In this document: in pieces, positions 29,741-39,608 of the stretch
Layout: each line of letters starts with the position of its first letter
How positions within the stretch are numbered: position 1 is the stretch's first letter
Source: an uncultured virus (IMG/VR IMGVR_UViG_3300006919_000002)
Taxonomy: Duplodnaviria; Heunggongvirae; Uroviricota; Caudoviricetes
IMG/VR virus record: IMGVR_UViG_3300006919_000002
Reading direction: 5' to 3' (one strand)
DNA: 64,000 bases
Notes under the pieces: model-generated
Databases searched by the model: none
What the model was told of the DNA's origin: nothing
The model's input: only the letters and a program-made list of their open reading frames with translations
Program-made: the position numbers and the translations under genes

Positions 29741-30274
29741 TTATTCTTCTAATTGCATGCGTGCCCAAACACTCATTGTTGCTTCTTCCAGGGGGACTTC
29801 AATTGGATCGTCTTTAAAAATAAACATAAGTTCTCTAATGGCTCGATCTGCACCAGCCATTAACAAACCTTTTCTATCTTTTGTATTTGTAAATTGTTCT
29901 ACTTGTGCAATATTACCTCTAATTTCTTTTTGCATCTGAGCAATACGTGCTACCCCAGCATCTCTTTTGACGATACCATTTTCCACGTCGTTTCTTAATA
30001 ATGCAATATCTTCTTGCATTTTATCTATTTCATATAACAATGTTTTGCGATGATCTGGTTTTTTGTATTTTGATTTAATCCAATTATCGCAAATAGAAAT
30101 AGTACCTCTATATCCAAGAAACCTGGAATAGAGATACACTTCAATTATTGAATAGTTATCAGAAGCAAAAGCTAAAAAAGATTCTTGAGTAGCTGAATCT
30201 AAATTGTCAACCCAGTTCTCAAATACCTCAATATCGATATGCTTGAGTGGCTTGGCGTCTGTCTCTTTCTTCAT
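29741..30274 (-). CDS. Hypothetical helical protein, terminase small subunit candidate
   Basis: Upstream of terL; internal ATG at 30274 chosen to reduce overlap (track start 30358); function from position only. Confidence 0.55.
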   Translation of the reverse strand: MKKETDAKPLKHIDIEVFENWVDNLDSATQESFLAFASDNYSIIEVYLYSRFLGYRGTISICDNWIKSKYKKPDHRKTLLYEIDKMQEDIALLRNDVENGIVKRDAGVARIAQMQKEIRGNIAQVEQFTNTKDRKGLLMAGADRAIRELMFIFKDDPIEVPLEEATMSVWARMQLEE

Positions 30275-30548
30275 CTCGCTCAGAGAACTCTTGTGCCTGA
30301 CGTGCAGTAAGTCTTTGTTCTTCTGCGCCTTTTGTAATTGTTTCTCGTTCTTGAGCACCGGACTCCCTCATTTTTTCTTTGGATGCACCAACAGCGACAC
30401 TAGATGCTGCACGGCCCAGGGGAACTTGAGCAGCTAAAAATCTAAGGTCGCTTTTAGTATCTTCATCAAATTTATCATAGCCAGAATCTGCAAGCAGATC
30501 TTCCATAAATGAGATTTCTTCTTCGTTATATGGATAAAAGTCTTCCAT
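30228..30548 (-). CDS. Hypothetical protein
   Basis: ORF track; GAGG RBS. Confidence 0.65.
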   Translation of the reverse strand: MEDFYPYNEEEISFMEDLLADSGYDKFDEDTKSDLRFLAAQVPLGRAASSVAVGASKEKMRESGAQERETITKGAEEQRLTARQAQEFSERDEERDRRQATQAYRY

Positions 30549-30685
30549 TAAACATCCTCAGCTTTTTTTGTGTTGTTTTCTTCCGCTGTTTTTTTTGCGT
30601 AATCGTAGGCAACCTGAGCCGCCTGGCGATAACGTTTTAGGTCAACACCTAAATCAGAATTATTACTAGCGGCTTGATTTTCCAT
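30548..30685 (-). CDS. Hypothetical protein (45 aa)
   Basis: Read manually: MENQAASNNSDLGVDLKRYRQAAQVAYDYAKK; fills the gap exactly. Confidence 0.6.
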   Translation of the reverse strand: MENQAASNNSDLGVDLKRYRQAAQVAYDYAKKTAEENNTKKAEDV

Positions 30686-30689
30686 TAGA

Positions 30690-31013
30690 TCAGAAGTTGC
30701 CCATCATGCCAGCAAGACCCTGGGTCATGATATCACGGCGGCCTTCAACTGAACGTTGGCGTTGTTGACGCACCTTAGAACCTTCTAAACGACTAAGAAG
30801 ATCTTCAAATTCACCAATGTCAAAAGATGCAGGGCCAAATTCAGAGTCTTGAAGAGCTTTAATTCTTTCATCAGCTTCTGTTTGATCTATTCGACCAGCG
30901 CGGACATCAGCGATAATATCATTAAACTTTTTTTGATATCCACTAAGATCCGTGCCTTCATAGGTTTGACCTTTACGATACGGGTCAGGAGTAGTAGTAG
31001 TGTCGTTTTCCAT
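30690..31013 (-). CDS. Hypothetical protein
   Basis: ORF track. Confidence 0.65.
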   Translation of the reverse strand: MENDTTTTPDPYRKGQTYEGTDLSGYQKKFNDIIADVRAGRIDQTEADERIKALQDSEFGPASFDIGEFEDLLSRLEGSKVRQQRQRSVEGRRDIMTQGLAGMMGNF

Positions 31014-31057
31014 GTTGAATCTCTACTTTAGATAAACAAATTATAGCAACATTTAAT

Positions 31058-32038
31058 TTAAAAACTAAATGCGCCAGCTATTTGTTGAAGCACGCCGCCT
31101 TGTGAACCAATCTGTTGTTTTTTGACATCAGCTTTTGATTTAATCTTTTGAAGATCTTTATCAATCTCACCCTGGAGATTTGTTAAGCCAGTGCTGTATA
31201 GGTATTGTCGGGTGTCACGAATACCTTGAATACCTTCTTCCAGTTCTTTAACGCTTCTCGCTTCACCAAAATAATTTTCATAATTTGGAAGTTTAATACC
31301 AGTTTGTTCTTGCAAGCCTGCCAGGTCCGCATAACCGGGTAATAACTCTTGATTAAAGGCAAATGTTCTTTTCTTTGTGCCTGCATTCTTTTCGTCTCTG
31401 GTTTGTTTGCCAAAAACAGTATCATAATAGTTCTCTAAGTAACTATCATTCATCTTATTTTTGTATTCTTCATCACTCATTATTGAGGATCGAATACCTG
31501 AAAGTCCTTCAGTTACAAATGCTTGTTGAAGACCTGAATACCCTTTATAGCCCCCTGTTGCATCTGCTTCAACAGGTTGAAAATAACGTTCCCTTTCTTC
31601 GTCAGTCATTTCACGACCAAGAAGATCTTGATATAAACGTTCAACGCCGCCTACTAGGCGTTGTGGTTGTAGCTGTTGTGAAAAGTATTCACCAACTGCT
31701 TTTTCTGCTTGTATTTGAGCACTTGGATCTAAATCATAACGAGAACCATAATCTTTAAGCCGACTAAATGCATCCAATTCAGTAATTAAACCACTTTGCA
31801 ACTGTGACTGAAGCAAGCTTTGAAAATCAGGTAATCCTTGTGCGCCTGCAGCTTTTCTGGCAGCTTCTTTAGCTTCTCTTTCTGCTTTTTCAGCCGCTGC
31901 TCTTGCATCTGCTCGTGCTTCTGAACTTTGTATATAAGCAAGCATTGCAGCCATTGAATTATCTTGCTGCACCGGAGGAGCCGGAGCAGGCATATATACG
32001 GTTTTAGTTTTTGTTCTGCCGCCGCCACCGCTGCTCAT
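31058..32038 (-). CDS. Putative internal virion protein
   Basis: MSSGGGG start, helical; AGGAG RBS. Confidence 0.65.
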   Translation of the reverse strand: MSSGGGGRTKTKTVYMPAPAPPVQQDNSMAAMLAYIQSSEARADARAAAEKAEREAKEAARKAAGAQGLPDFQSLLQSQLQSGLITELDAFSRLKDYGSRYDLDPSAQIQAEKAVGEYFSQQLQPQRLVGGVERLYQDLLGREMTDEERERYFQPVEADATGGYKGYSGLQQAFVTEGLSGIRSSIMSDEEYKNKMNDSYLENYYDTVFGKQTRDEKNAGTKKRTFAFNQELLPGYADLAGLQEQTGIKLPNYENYFGEARSVKELEEGIQGIRDTRQYLYSTGLTNLQGEIDKDLQKIKSKADVKKQQIGSQGGVLQQIAGAFSF

Positions 32039-32048
32039 GATTTAACTC

Positions 32049-32627
32049 CTAGTTTGCAAAAAGTCTTGACGTATCTATTGGTTGAATACCACCAAATAAC
32101 ATGGCATATTTACCAGCAAATGGTGCAAGTTGTTCTTTAATTCTACGTTGACTTGCTCTATCTTCTACATTTTGAAACGCTTTGCTTCCCTTAAGACCAA
32201 GCATTGCTCGTTCTTCAAACATTCGATTAGCAATATCTTTTGGAGCAAGAACATCTCTTTGAAACTTTTGAGCCTCAAATTGACGGCCAAGGTCTAAATC
32301 AGGCATCCAGGTACCAGCAGCTACTCGGCTGCCGATATCCATTGCCATGTTGCCTTTCATGGCCTCTCTGCCAAGCATTGCTTGCATTTGAGTGGCACGA
32401 TCCGCAGCAGCTGTTTGAAGCCTGGCAGCTTGTAATTGACTCTTTGATATTTTATTAGCAGCGTCACGAGTAGCGTTTGCTGAACTAATTCCACCAAAAA
32501 GAGATGCACCTATGTTTGCTGCACCCAAACCCAAAGTCCAAGGATTCAAAAAACTAGCGGCAGCACCTGCACCACCTAAACCAGCAATAGATCCTAAATC
32601 TGGAAAACCACTTGAATAAGGATTCAT
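32049..32627 (-). CDS. Putative ejection/pilot protein
   Basis: Gly/Ala-rich hydrophobic N-terminus then Ala/Gln coiled coil, like podovirus ejection proteins. Confidence 0.6.
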   Translation of the reverse strand: MNPYSSGFPDLGSIAGLGGAGAAASFLNPWTLGLGAANIGASLFGGISSANATRDAANKISKSQLQAARLQTAAADRATQMQAMLGREAMKGNMAMDIGSRVAAGTWMPDLDLGRQFEAQKFQRDVLAPKDIANRMFEERAMLGLKGSKAFQNVEDRASQRRIKEQLAPFAGKYAMLFGGIQPIDTSRLFAN

Positions 32628-32645
32628 GATTTAAATTTCACCTCA

Positions 32646-33155
32646 TTAAAAATACGATTTAGGGCTAAAGCCTTGAGCCGTCCGTTGATAATTAGTTAAA
32701 TTAGGAATATTACCTGCTGCATTAGCAATGATATTAGCAGCACCTGAAGCACCACTTGCTAAAGCTTGTGAACTTGCTAACTGGCCAGCAAGAGCAATTT
32801 CTGCCGGTTTAGTAAACGCATTCATGATTTGGCCTGGGAGAGCAAAAGCCAACTTATAAGGAGCGGCTTGAGCCATCTGCTCACGATCAAATCTAAGTTT
32901 ATTTTCTAGTTGTTGCCTCTGAAATTCAGGAGACAACATTCTAAGAAGTAAACTTTCATCTCTTAAATTCTTTTCTTTAGTCGCTTCTAAAATTTTGTCA
33001 ACATCTGACTTGGGTTTGTCTTCTTTGGTGCCAAACTGAGATTGAAACCATGTTTGAAAAGCTTCTCCGTTATCAGCTGATTGAACCGAAGGTAAGACAA
33101 GCCCAGGTATTCCTGTGGTTGCGTATTTACCAAAATAACCAGCTGTCATGATCAA
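32646..33155 (-). CDS. Putative internal virion protein
   Basis: ORF track; Ala-rich C-terminus. Confidence 0.6.
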   Translation of the reverse strand: MIMTAGYFGKYATTGIPGLVLPSVQSADNGEAFQTWFQSQFGTKEDKPKSDVDKILEATKEKNLRDESLLLRMLSPEFQRQQLENKLRFDREQMAQAAPYKLAFALPGQIMNAFTKPAEIALAGQLASSQALASGASGAANIIANAAGNIPNLTNYQRTAQGFSPKSYF

Positions 33156-33964
33156 AGGCTCCCTGGTGCATTGTATTGGAATGCAGAAGCTGCATAAGGA
33201 TTAGGAGCGTTAATCATGCTACGAGTAGTTGCACCAGCTTCTCCCATGCCTTTACCAGTAAGTTGAGCCAGATAACGTTGCTGATTTAATCCACCAGTTA
33301 ATTGACCAACTTGTTGGTTCAGTTGCATTTGACGTTGTAAATCATCATCACGCATTGCACGAACAGTTGGATAAGCTTGCTCTAATGCACCAGCGCCAGC
33401 TGCTCTAATCAATCTCTCCTGGTCTTCTGGTGAGAGTGCTGCAATCTGTTCACCGGTTAAACCAAGCAAACCAGGGGATTTACCTGCTTCTCGCTGAGCA
33501 CCTTTTGCAGCACCAGTAACAGATTGTGCAATATTGCCAAGGGCATCGCCAGCTCGTCTAGCAATACCACCGCCAGCACCACCGGCTACATAACCCCCAA
33601 GGGCAGTAGTGGCTAGACCAGCAAGAGGAGCCAATACTCTACCTCCTGGTAATGCTTTTACTGCACCTTGAACTAAAGGTGAAAGATATTTGCCAGCTAA
33701 ATTTGCACCTGCAATGCCACCTGTGAGTTCGCCAACGCCGCCTAAAACATCACCTGAAGCTAAACTACCCGCTGCATACAGAGCAGGAGCTGCAGAAGTA
33801 ATCAAAGGATTTGCAGCAGCCGCTTGAATTGCACCCCTTTGTTTGCCAAGAGCGGCTAAGGTATCTCTACCTAAACCACCTTTACCATCTTTACCAGCTA
33901 AAAATTGCATCAAAGCGGCAAACTTGCCTCCATCATCTTGTCCACTTCCTGTTACAGTAGCCAT
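33152..33964 (-). CDS. Gly/Ala-rich putative internal virion protein
   Basis: Glycine-zipper-like segments. Confidence 0.65.
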   Translation of the reverse strand: MATVTGSGQDDGGKFAALMQFLAGKDGKGGLGRDTLAALGKQRGAIQAAAANPLITSAAPALYAAGSLASGDVLGGVGELTGGIAGANLAGKYLSPLVQGAVKALPGGRVLAPLAGLATTALGGYVAGGAGGGIARRAGDALGNIAQSVTGAAKGAQREAGKSPGLLGLTGEQIAALSPEDQERLIRAAGAGALEQAYPTVRAMRDDDLQRQMQLNQQVGQLTGGLNQQRYLAQLTGKGMGEAGATTRSMINAPNPYAASAFQYNAPGSL

Positions 33965-34001
33965 CTTTTAAACTTATTCTGAATACTTTAATTTTACCAG
34001 G

Positions 34002-35060
34002 CTACATTTCTTGCTGATAATCATTTAATTCTTTTAACTTAGGTCTATTAGCTTCTGCAATTAATTTATTCATTAACGCACCAGCTGCCAGTCCTACTGC
34101 AGAACCTGCAGCTGTAATTGCAAGGCTTCTCCTGGTAGCCCCAGGAGCAGGTGTTGTTTTAACTTCTGTTTCAGCTGGTTTACCTTTTTGACTTGGCCTA
34201 TTTATAATCGTTCTGTCTTTTGGCATTGTTTTCATTGCATGCCGCAATGCAGTCGCTCCTCCCACTCCCGCACCCACTGCTTGTAAGCCAATCGGGAACC
34301 CCACAATGCGTGCCTCGGGCACGCCCTCTAAGTTCTCAGGTGTAAATTTGACCAGGCCCATGCCGATAAAGCCTTTATCCTGGTAGTAATTACGCATGTA
34401 ATTGCTATATCGTTCTTTTGTCAAATCAGGAATATCTTGTTTAGCTGTTTCATATTTAAGTGGTCTGCCTTGTCTACCAAGGAGTACACGTTCTGCTAAT
34501 TCAATACCTGGTTGTGCTGTTTGTCTTCTATCATCAGAACCAGGTTCAGCATAACTCTGTGCAAAACCTTTTGCTCTGAATGCTTCCCCTGGATTAGTAA
34601 TATCAAGATTACCAAGGGAAACAGCCATTGGACCACCAACCGCTAAACCAAGTGCTGCCCTACGAGTTGGATCTAGGTCTCTGTATGATTCTCCTGCAAC
34701 TTTTTCGATAACAGTATCTGCAATTGCCATTGGATGGTTATAACGCCAATAAATATGTCTAGAAGAATCACTACCAACATCAGTTAGTAATCGAGTTGCA
34801 TACGCACCTAAAAACTCACCCGGAGTACCCCCAAGGGTGATTCCCTTAATTTTTTCTAATTCTTCACGATATTTAGGACTAAATATACTGTAATTAGATA
34901 CAGCGCTGAGAATTCTATTTCCTTGTTCATCCCTGACTTCACGTCTGGCTGCTTCATCCATTAAGTCAATAGCTGCTTTGGCGCCACGTTTAACAGATTC
35001 AGGCATGACCATGCCTAATGATTCCATTAAACCTTGACCAACTTTTTTACGATCTGCCAT
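34002..35060 (-). CDS. Hypothetical protein with glycine-zipper segments
   Basis: ORF track. Confidence 0.7.
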   Translation of the reverse strand: MADRKKVGQGLMESLGMVMPESVKRGAKAAIDLMDEAARREVRDEQGNRILSAVSNYSIFSPKYREELEKIKGITLGGTPGEFLGAYATRLLTDVGSDSSRHIYWRYNHPMAIADTVIEKVAGESYRDLDPTRRAALGLAVGGPMAVSLGNLDITNPGEAFRAKGFAQSYAEPGSDDRRQTAQPGIELAERVLLGRQGRPLKYETAKQDIPDLTKERYSNYMRNYYQDKGFIGMGLVKFTPENLEGVPEARIVGFPIGLQAVGAGVGGATALRHAMKTMPKDRTIINRPSQKGKPAETEVKTTPAPGATRRSLAITAAGSAVGLAAGALMNKLIAEANRPKLKELNDYQQEM

Positions 35061-35062
35061 TA

Positions 35063-35557
35063 TTACATCCCTCTTTGTGAAGATGCTAAAGCAAGTTCCA
35101 TCATCATTTCTTCATCCGAGATTCCAGGAGAGGCTGCCGCATTATAAGCTTCAGGGTTATAAATAACATTTGGTCTTTGCATTAAGGCTGGTTCTAAAAC
35201 AACTGGTGCTACAACACTACCGCCAATCATTGCAAGATTTTGAGCAAGACTTGGATTGTATACTTCTTTTATTTTATTTGCATCAACCGGTAAACCTGCT
35301 ATTTGTGCAGCTCTTAAATCATTTTCTGAAATAACACCTGAATATTTACCAGCCAATCGTGGTGACTTAGCCATTAACCTAGCTGCACCCGCACTCAAAC
35401 CAAAGTCTGCCGCACCAATAGCAAGTCCAGCCAGGGGGTTACCAGTTGTGATACTACCTAAAACGCCAGTAAGAATAGAACCAGGTAAAGCGCTCTGAGC
35501 GATTTCTTTACCTCCTTTCTCTCCTAATCGTTTTAAAACATTCCCAGCTAATTTCAC
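35063..35557 (-). CDS. Hypothetical protein with glycine-zipper segments
   Basis: ORF track; GTG start; contains LAGKY. Confidence 0.65.
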   Translation of the reverse strand: MKLAGNVLKRLGEKGGKEIAQSALPGSILTGVLGSITTGNPLAGLAIGAADFGLSAGAARLMAKSPRLAGKYSGVISENDLRAAQIAGLPVDANKIKEVYNPSLAQNLAMIGGSVVAPVVLEPALMQRPNVIYNPEAYNAAASPGISDEEMMMELALASSQRGM

Positions 35558-35588
35558 AACACTTTATTCTTATATAAATTTATTATAT

Positions 35589-36221
35589 CTAACCTTGATC
35601 TTCGGGTTTTTCCTCGACAGCTTCTTTTTGTTTTTCTTTGCCTGCAGGTAATTCTTTTTTATCATTGTTATTGCTACCTTTAAGCAACTGAGCAATAGAC
35701 ATAACACCTGCTTCTTCTCTACCAGCTCTGTTTTCTGCTGTCCGCATTAAATAACCATTGGGATCAGGGTTTGCCATTGTTGGCATTGGATTTTTTGCTT
35801 TCTTGCCTGGTTTTAAAGTTGGGCTGATTTTGTATGCATCAATCCAAAGCGGATTGTAATCTGGTTGTTGTTGTGGTCTTTGATTTGTTAACGCACGTCC
35901 TGTATTAAAATCATAATCTTCTCTTCTATTAAATCGACCGATACCATCAAATACTTCATAGCTAGAAGATGCTAAACCTTTGCTTTCATCAAAGAATGGT
36001 GTATTGCCTACAAATTCAAGATCAGGGTTTAATGTTCTCTTTCGAGTCATTGAACGCTTTAAAAGATCTTCCTCTGTAAAACGAGAAGGATTCCAAGGAT
36101 ATTCACCAGTATTTGCTTTCGATTCAAAAAGCTCACCAAAATCTAAACGTTTAGCAATATCACCCCTTCTATTAAAGGGGTTACGAACGTAACGACCTAA
36201 ATCAAGGCGATGATCTTTCAT
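35589..36221 (-). CDS. Hypothetical protein
   Basis: ORF track; ATGA overlap. Confidence 0.7.
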   Translation of the reverse strand: MKDHRLDLGRYVRNPFNRRGDIAKRLDFGELFESKANTGEYPWNPSRFTEEDLLKRSMTRKRTLNPDLEFVGNTPFFDESKGLASSSYEVFDGIGRFNRREDYDFNTGRALTNQRPQQQPDYNPLWIDAYKISPTLKPGKKAKNPMPTMANPDPNGYLMRTAENRAGREEAGVMSIAQLLKGSNNNDKKELPAGKEKQKEAVEEKPEDQG

Positions 36222-36445
36222 TCTGCTTTAGCCTTCTTTCTTTTGTTTAAGCCTACCAAGGTTTGACGAAGCCTTGCTTGCTTAACTGTTTTTTCATCAT
36301 ATTTATCTGGATCAGCTAAAACGTTTTGTTGAAGCTGAGCAGAAGTAATGCCTTTACGTTTTGCTTTCGCTGTAAAGGTCCCTTCTTTTATTTTGGCTTC
36401 TTGGATCCACTTCTTATTCTTTTTTGTTTTTTTCTTTTCAGCCAT
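36218..36445 (-). CDS. Small basic protein
   Basis: KKWIQEAKIKEGTFTAKA...KQARLRQTL. Confidence 0.7.
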   Translation of the reverse strand: MAEKKKTKKNKKWIQEAKIKEGTFTAKAKRKGITSAQLQQNVLADPDKYDEKTVKQARLRQTLVGLNKRKKAKAE

Positions 36446-36449
36446 TGCC

Positions 36450-38639
36450 TCAACCTCTCATGTTCTGTATAAATGATTTTAACTGAGCTTGGGCTCTAGG
36501 ATTACCTTGATTCGCTTCTACTTGTAAAGCTCTTAATTCTCTTGAAGCATCAAAAGAAGCACGTCTTTCTAGTTCTTTAGAAGCTGCAGCAGCTGCTCTA
36601 GTATTTCCCTTCTGGGTCGCACCTTCTACAAAATTTTGTATTTGTTGATCACTAAGAGCAGAAAATTTACTACCTTTTTTCTCGGATTCCCCATAAGAGG
36701 GATCAGTTGGTTTACGATACGCTGCTTTGCTATATTCATAACCTAATGTGCCATATTCTGGAGTACCGTATTCACCTGCCTTTTTAATAGCACCAGGGGC
36801 ATAAGCTCTTTCCAAACCATAAACACCAACACCTCCAAGAGATCCAAAATTAGGTTCTTCTGTAGGTTCTAATATTCTCCTGCCCTCAATATAAGGTTGC
36901 TCTTCAGGTCTAGGAGCTAAATCTTCTCTAGCAACTTTACTAGCACCTCTAATAGAAGTTTTACTTGCAGCTTTATCTAAAGGTTCAAGATTAACTAAAT
37001 ACTCAGCGCCTGCTTCCAGGGGTTCTGGAATTGGGTTGATATCTTTAAGATTAGAAACAGTATGAATCCCTTCAGGTGTGTCTAAATCATCAGGAACAGT
37101 GGTAGAAGAAACAGGACCTTGATATCTTGAGCCAAGTAATTCTTCATAATCTTTTGCATACTGTTGTCTCTCCCGTCTTTCCATATAAGCTCTAAGATTT
37201 TTTTCATGCTCTAAACCCGTAACCTTATCGTATCTACCTTGAGAATATTCTGGTTGAATTTGATATTTATATCTTGCTGGAACACTACGAACAGAAGCTA
37301 ACTGCGTATATTTCCAGGCACCCTCAGCTTGGTCTGTTGGTAAACCATCCGGGAGTGAAGCTGCGACCTGATTGATTGCAGCATCTGCAAATTCTTGTGG
37401 TGCAGGCTGCTGACGACCAGTTAAATAATATTGTTTAGCCATGTCTTCCATGATTTCGATCTGACCTAAATCAAGATCTTCATTACGCTGCAAACTTTGC
37501 ATCACACGACCAGTTTGCTGGTCAGCACCAGTATCTACCGCTTCGACTGATTGCTCAGATACCAGAGGACGTCTGGCATTTTGTTTTTCAACAAGAGTTT
37601 CAGCTTGAAGTTCTGCCAGTAATCTTTCGCCTTTTCCAATAACCTTGGCTTCTTGTGCCCGATCAGCTTGTCTTATGCGACGAATCTCTGCGGCTTCTCT
37701 TTCATCTAATAAAACATCAACAGGATCTCTTCCTTTCCTCAAAACAGAAGAAGGACCTGGAGCAACAGCACCAGTGCTTTCTACATAAGAACGAGGTGTC
37801 ATTGCAGCAGGAAGTGCTGGTACATCCTTACCAGTACCTTTTGTTCTGTAGAACAAGTCAGCCATATCCATATTGCCTTGCAATATGTCTAATTCTTGGA
37901 ATCTTTCCGGAGAAGTTTCTCTTGCCCTTGCTAAATACTCAGGCAAAGGCTCTTCACGTCCTGTTCTAGCTGAAATATCTACATCAACACCTTTAGGAGT
38001 GAATTGTGCATCTGCGCTCGTACCAGCGCCGCGAGGATTTCTACGAAGTGTTTCTTGAATAATTCTTTGTTTTCTTCCAACTGCTGTTTCTTCAGGTAAA
38101 GCTAAGGTTGATGGGGAAACTTCTATAGTAGAACTTAAATCTTGGTAAATATCTCCAAAACTTCCAGTCTTAGCTGTAGGGGCGCTAGTAGTAACGTCTT
38201 GAACAGAAACTTTCTGAATCGGAATATCTGTAGTTCTAGCTCTAGGGGCGGTTCGCGTCCCAGGAGCACTAGGAGTAACATCTTGAACAGAAACTTTTTC
38301 AACCGGAATATTTGTTTTATTTAAATCAACTGTTCTTACACCAGTCGTTGCACCTGCATCTTTTGGTCTTACTACATTTGCAAGTGCGTCTCGAAGCTTT
38401 CCAAACCTTCCACCAGTAGCAAGAGCTGCTGTACCGGCACCTAAACCAGCAACTAAGGCTGTTTTACCAGCCATATCAATAAAATTACCTCGATCTAACT
38501 CTTCTTTCGTAGCTGAAAGCTGTCCTTGACGAAATCCAAGTACTTGAGGTGCAATCTCTGCTCTTTCTTGCGCATCTCTAGGTACAGGAGTGCCAGTAGC
38601 TCTGCTGTAGGCGTAAAAATCAGCTTCAGATAACGGCAT
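36450..38639 (-). CDS. Large hypothetical protein (729 aa), first gene of the late arm
   Basis: ORF track; internal repeat IPVEKVSVQDVTPSAP / IPIQKVSVQDVTTSAP. Confidence 0.75.
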   Translation of the reverse strand: MPLSEADFYAYSRATGTPVPRDAQERAEIAPQVLGFRQGQLSATKEELDRGNFIDMAGKTALVAGLGAGTAALATGGRFGKLRDALANVVRPKDAGATTGVRTVDLNKTNIPVEKVSVQDVTPSAPGTRTAPRARTTDIPIQKVSVQDVTTSAPTAKTGSFGDIYQDLSSTIEVSPSTLALPEETAVGRKQRIIQETLRRNPRGAGTSADAQFTPKGVDVDISARTGREEPLPEYLARARETSPERFQELDILQGNMDMADLFYRTKGTGKDVPALPAAMTPRSYVESTGAVAPGPSSVLRKGRDPVDVLLDEREAAEIRRIRQADRAQEAKVIGKGERLLAELQAETLVEKQNARRPLVSEQSVEAVDTGADQQTGRVMQSLQRNEDLDLGQIEIMEDMAKQYYLTGRQQPAPQEFADAAINQVAASLPDGLPTDQAEGAWKYTQLASVRSVPARYKYQIQPEYSQGRYDKVTGLEHEKNLRAYMERRERQQYAKDYEELLGSRYQGPVSSTTVPDDLDTPEGIHTVSNLKDINPIPEPLEAGAEYLVNLEPLDKAASKTSIRGASKVAREDLAPRPEEQPYIEGRRILEPTEEPNFGSLGGVGVYGLERAYAPGAIKKAGEYGTPEYGTLGYEYSKAAYRKPTDPSYGESEKKGSKFSALSDQQIQNFVEGATQKGNTRAAAAASKELERRASFDASRELRALQVEANQGNPRAQAQLKSFIQNMRG

Positions 38640-38728
38640 TTGAATTTATTTTTTATTTTTAACCTCTTTGTATTCTATATCTTAGATATTCATGTTTTAT
38701 AGTAGAGAAGTGCAATAAAAGTTTTGTA

Positions 38729-38938
38729 ATGGATGTCGAAACACGTAAGAAACGTGTGGAAGGTCTAGAAGCTATTAAATCAAAAGCTCTAGACATGGCT
38801 CACCAGGGTGCTGATTCGTTTGTAGTGCGTGACTTTATCACGGATGCGAAAAAAACCTTGGCGTATGAACTTCCAGATGAGGAGGCATTCCGTAAAGCAG
38901 TCAAGGCAACTTCGACTTATAAGGCACAAAAAAGGTAA
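38729..38938 (+). CDS. Hypothetical protein
   Basis: ORF track; followed by a terminator. Confidence 0.7.
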   Translation: MDVETRKKRVEGLEAIKSKALDMAHQGADSFVVRDFITDAKKTLAYELPDEEAFRKAVKATSTYKAQKR

Positions 38939-38968
38939 TAAATTAAAATTAACTCTTTCAAACTAATC

Positions 38969-38994
38969 GCCGGGGATAAAACCCCGGCTTTTTT
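38969..38994 (+). terminator. Intrinsic terminator
   Basis: GCCGGGG-ATAAAA-CCCCGGC-TTTTTT. Confidence 0.85.
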
Positions 38995-39312
38995 GTGTGA
39001 TTTTTGGGGCTAATTAGGGAAATATAGTACAAAACCAATAAAAGTACACTATTTTTTTAACAAAAGGGCCGTATATATACCCAAATAGGATTAAAAATTT
39101 CCTGACGGGTCTCACACACCCCCGCCGACCGCGATTGCGTATAGAAAAAAAAGAAAGCGGGGGATGGTACCACATGAAACTTTGGTGGCACACGAAATTC
39201 CCCGCTGAATTGTCAGGAAATCACCACATTTCCCGCACAAATTGGCGCCGGCTCCTCCCCGCTGGGTCTTCGGGATAGAACAGTTTGGACAAAGGGAAGA
39301 AGGGAGGGGTCA

Positions 39313-39339
39313 AGGGGGGTGCGCATCCTCACCACGCAC
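39313..39339 (+). ncRNA. H-type pseudoknot leader, family C variant
   Basis: AGGGGG GTGCG CA TCCT CACCA CGCAC; GTGCG/CGCAC covaries with CTGCG/CGCAG of the other copies. Confidence 0.6.
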
Positions 39340-39365
39340 ACACGTCACACTACCAGGAGTTACTA

Positions 39366-39515
39366 ATGACTCAGCAACAACTCGATCAACTTCGTTCTGC
39401 AATTGATAACCTTGCAGATCTTTGTCGCGAGACTCATGACACTGATCTCGAACTTATCTTCGACGATCTTTGTGGTTATTGGATCCAGAAGTCTGAGTTC
39501 TTTTCGGCAGATTAA
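39366..39515 (+). CDS. Early hypothetical protein (49 aa)
   Basis: CAGGAG RBS then MTQQQLDQLRSAIDNL. Confidence 0.7.
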   Translation: MTQQQLDQLRSAIDNLADLCRETHDTDLELIFDDLCGYWIQKSEFFSAD

Positions 39516-39522
39516 TGCTGTT

Positions 39523-39591
39523 CTGATAGCTGGTGCGAAGGGAGGTTCGATTCCTCCCATCAGTTTTGCCTACAGCGGAGATAGGCACCGC
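39523..39591 (+). ncRNA. tRNA-like element plus pseudoknot, copy 1
   Basis: CTGAT/ATCAG stem, GGGAGG-TTCGATT-CCTCCC T-arm, then TGCCT..GCGG..AGGCA-CCGC. Confidence 0.7.
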
Positions 39592-39608
39592 ACAACAGGA
39601 GATACCCA

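Noticed and set aside
38190..38310. Internal duplication in the 729-aa protein as a mobile-element scar
   Set aside because: In-frame short peptide duplication with no terminal repeats or transposase
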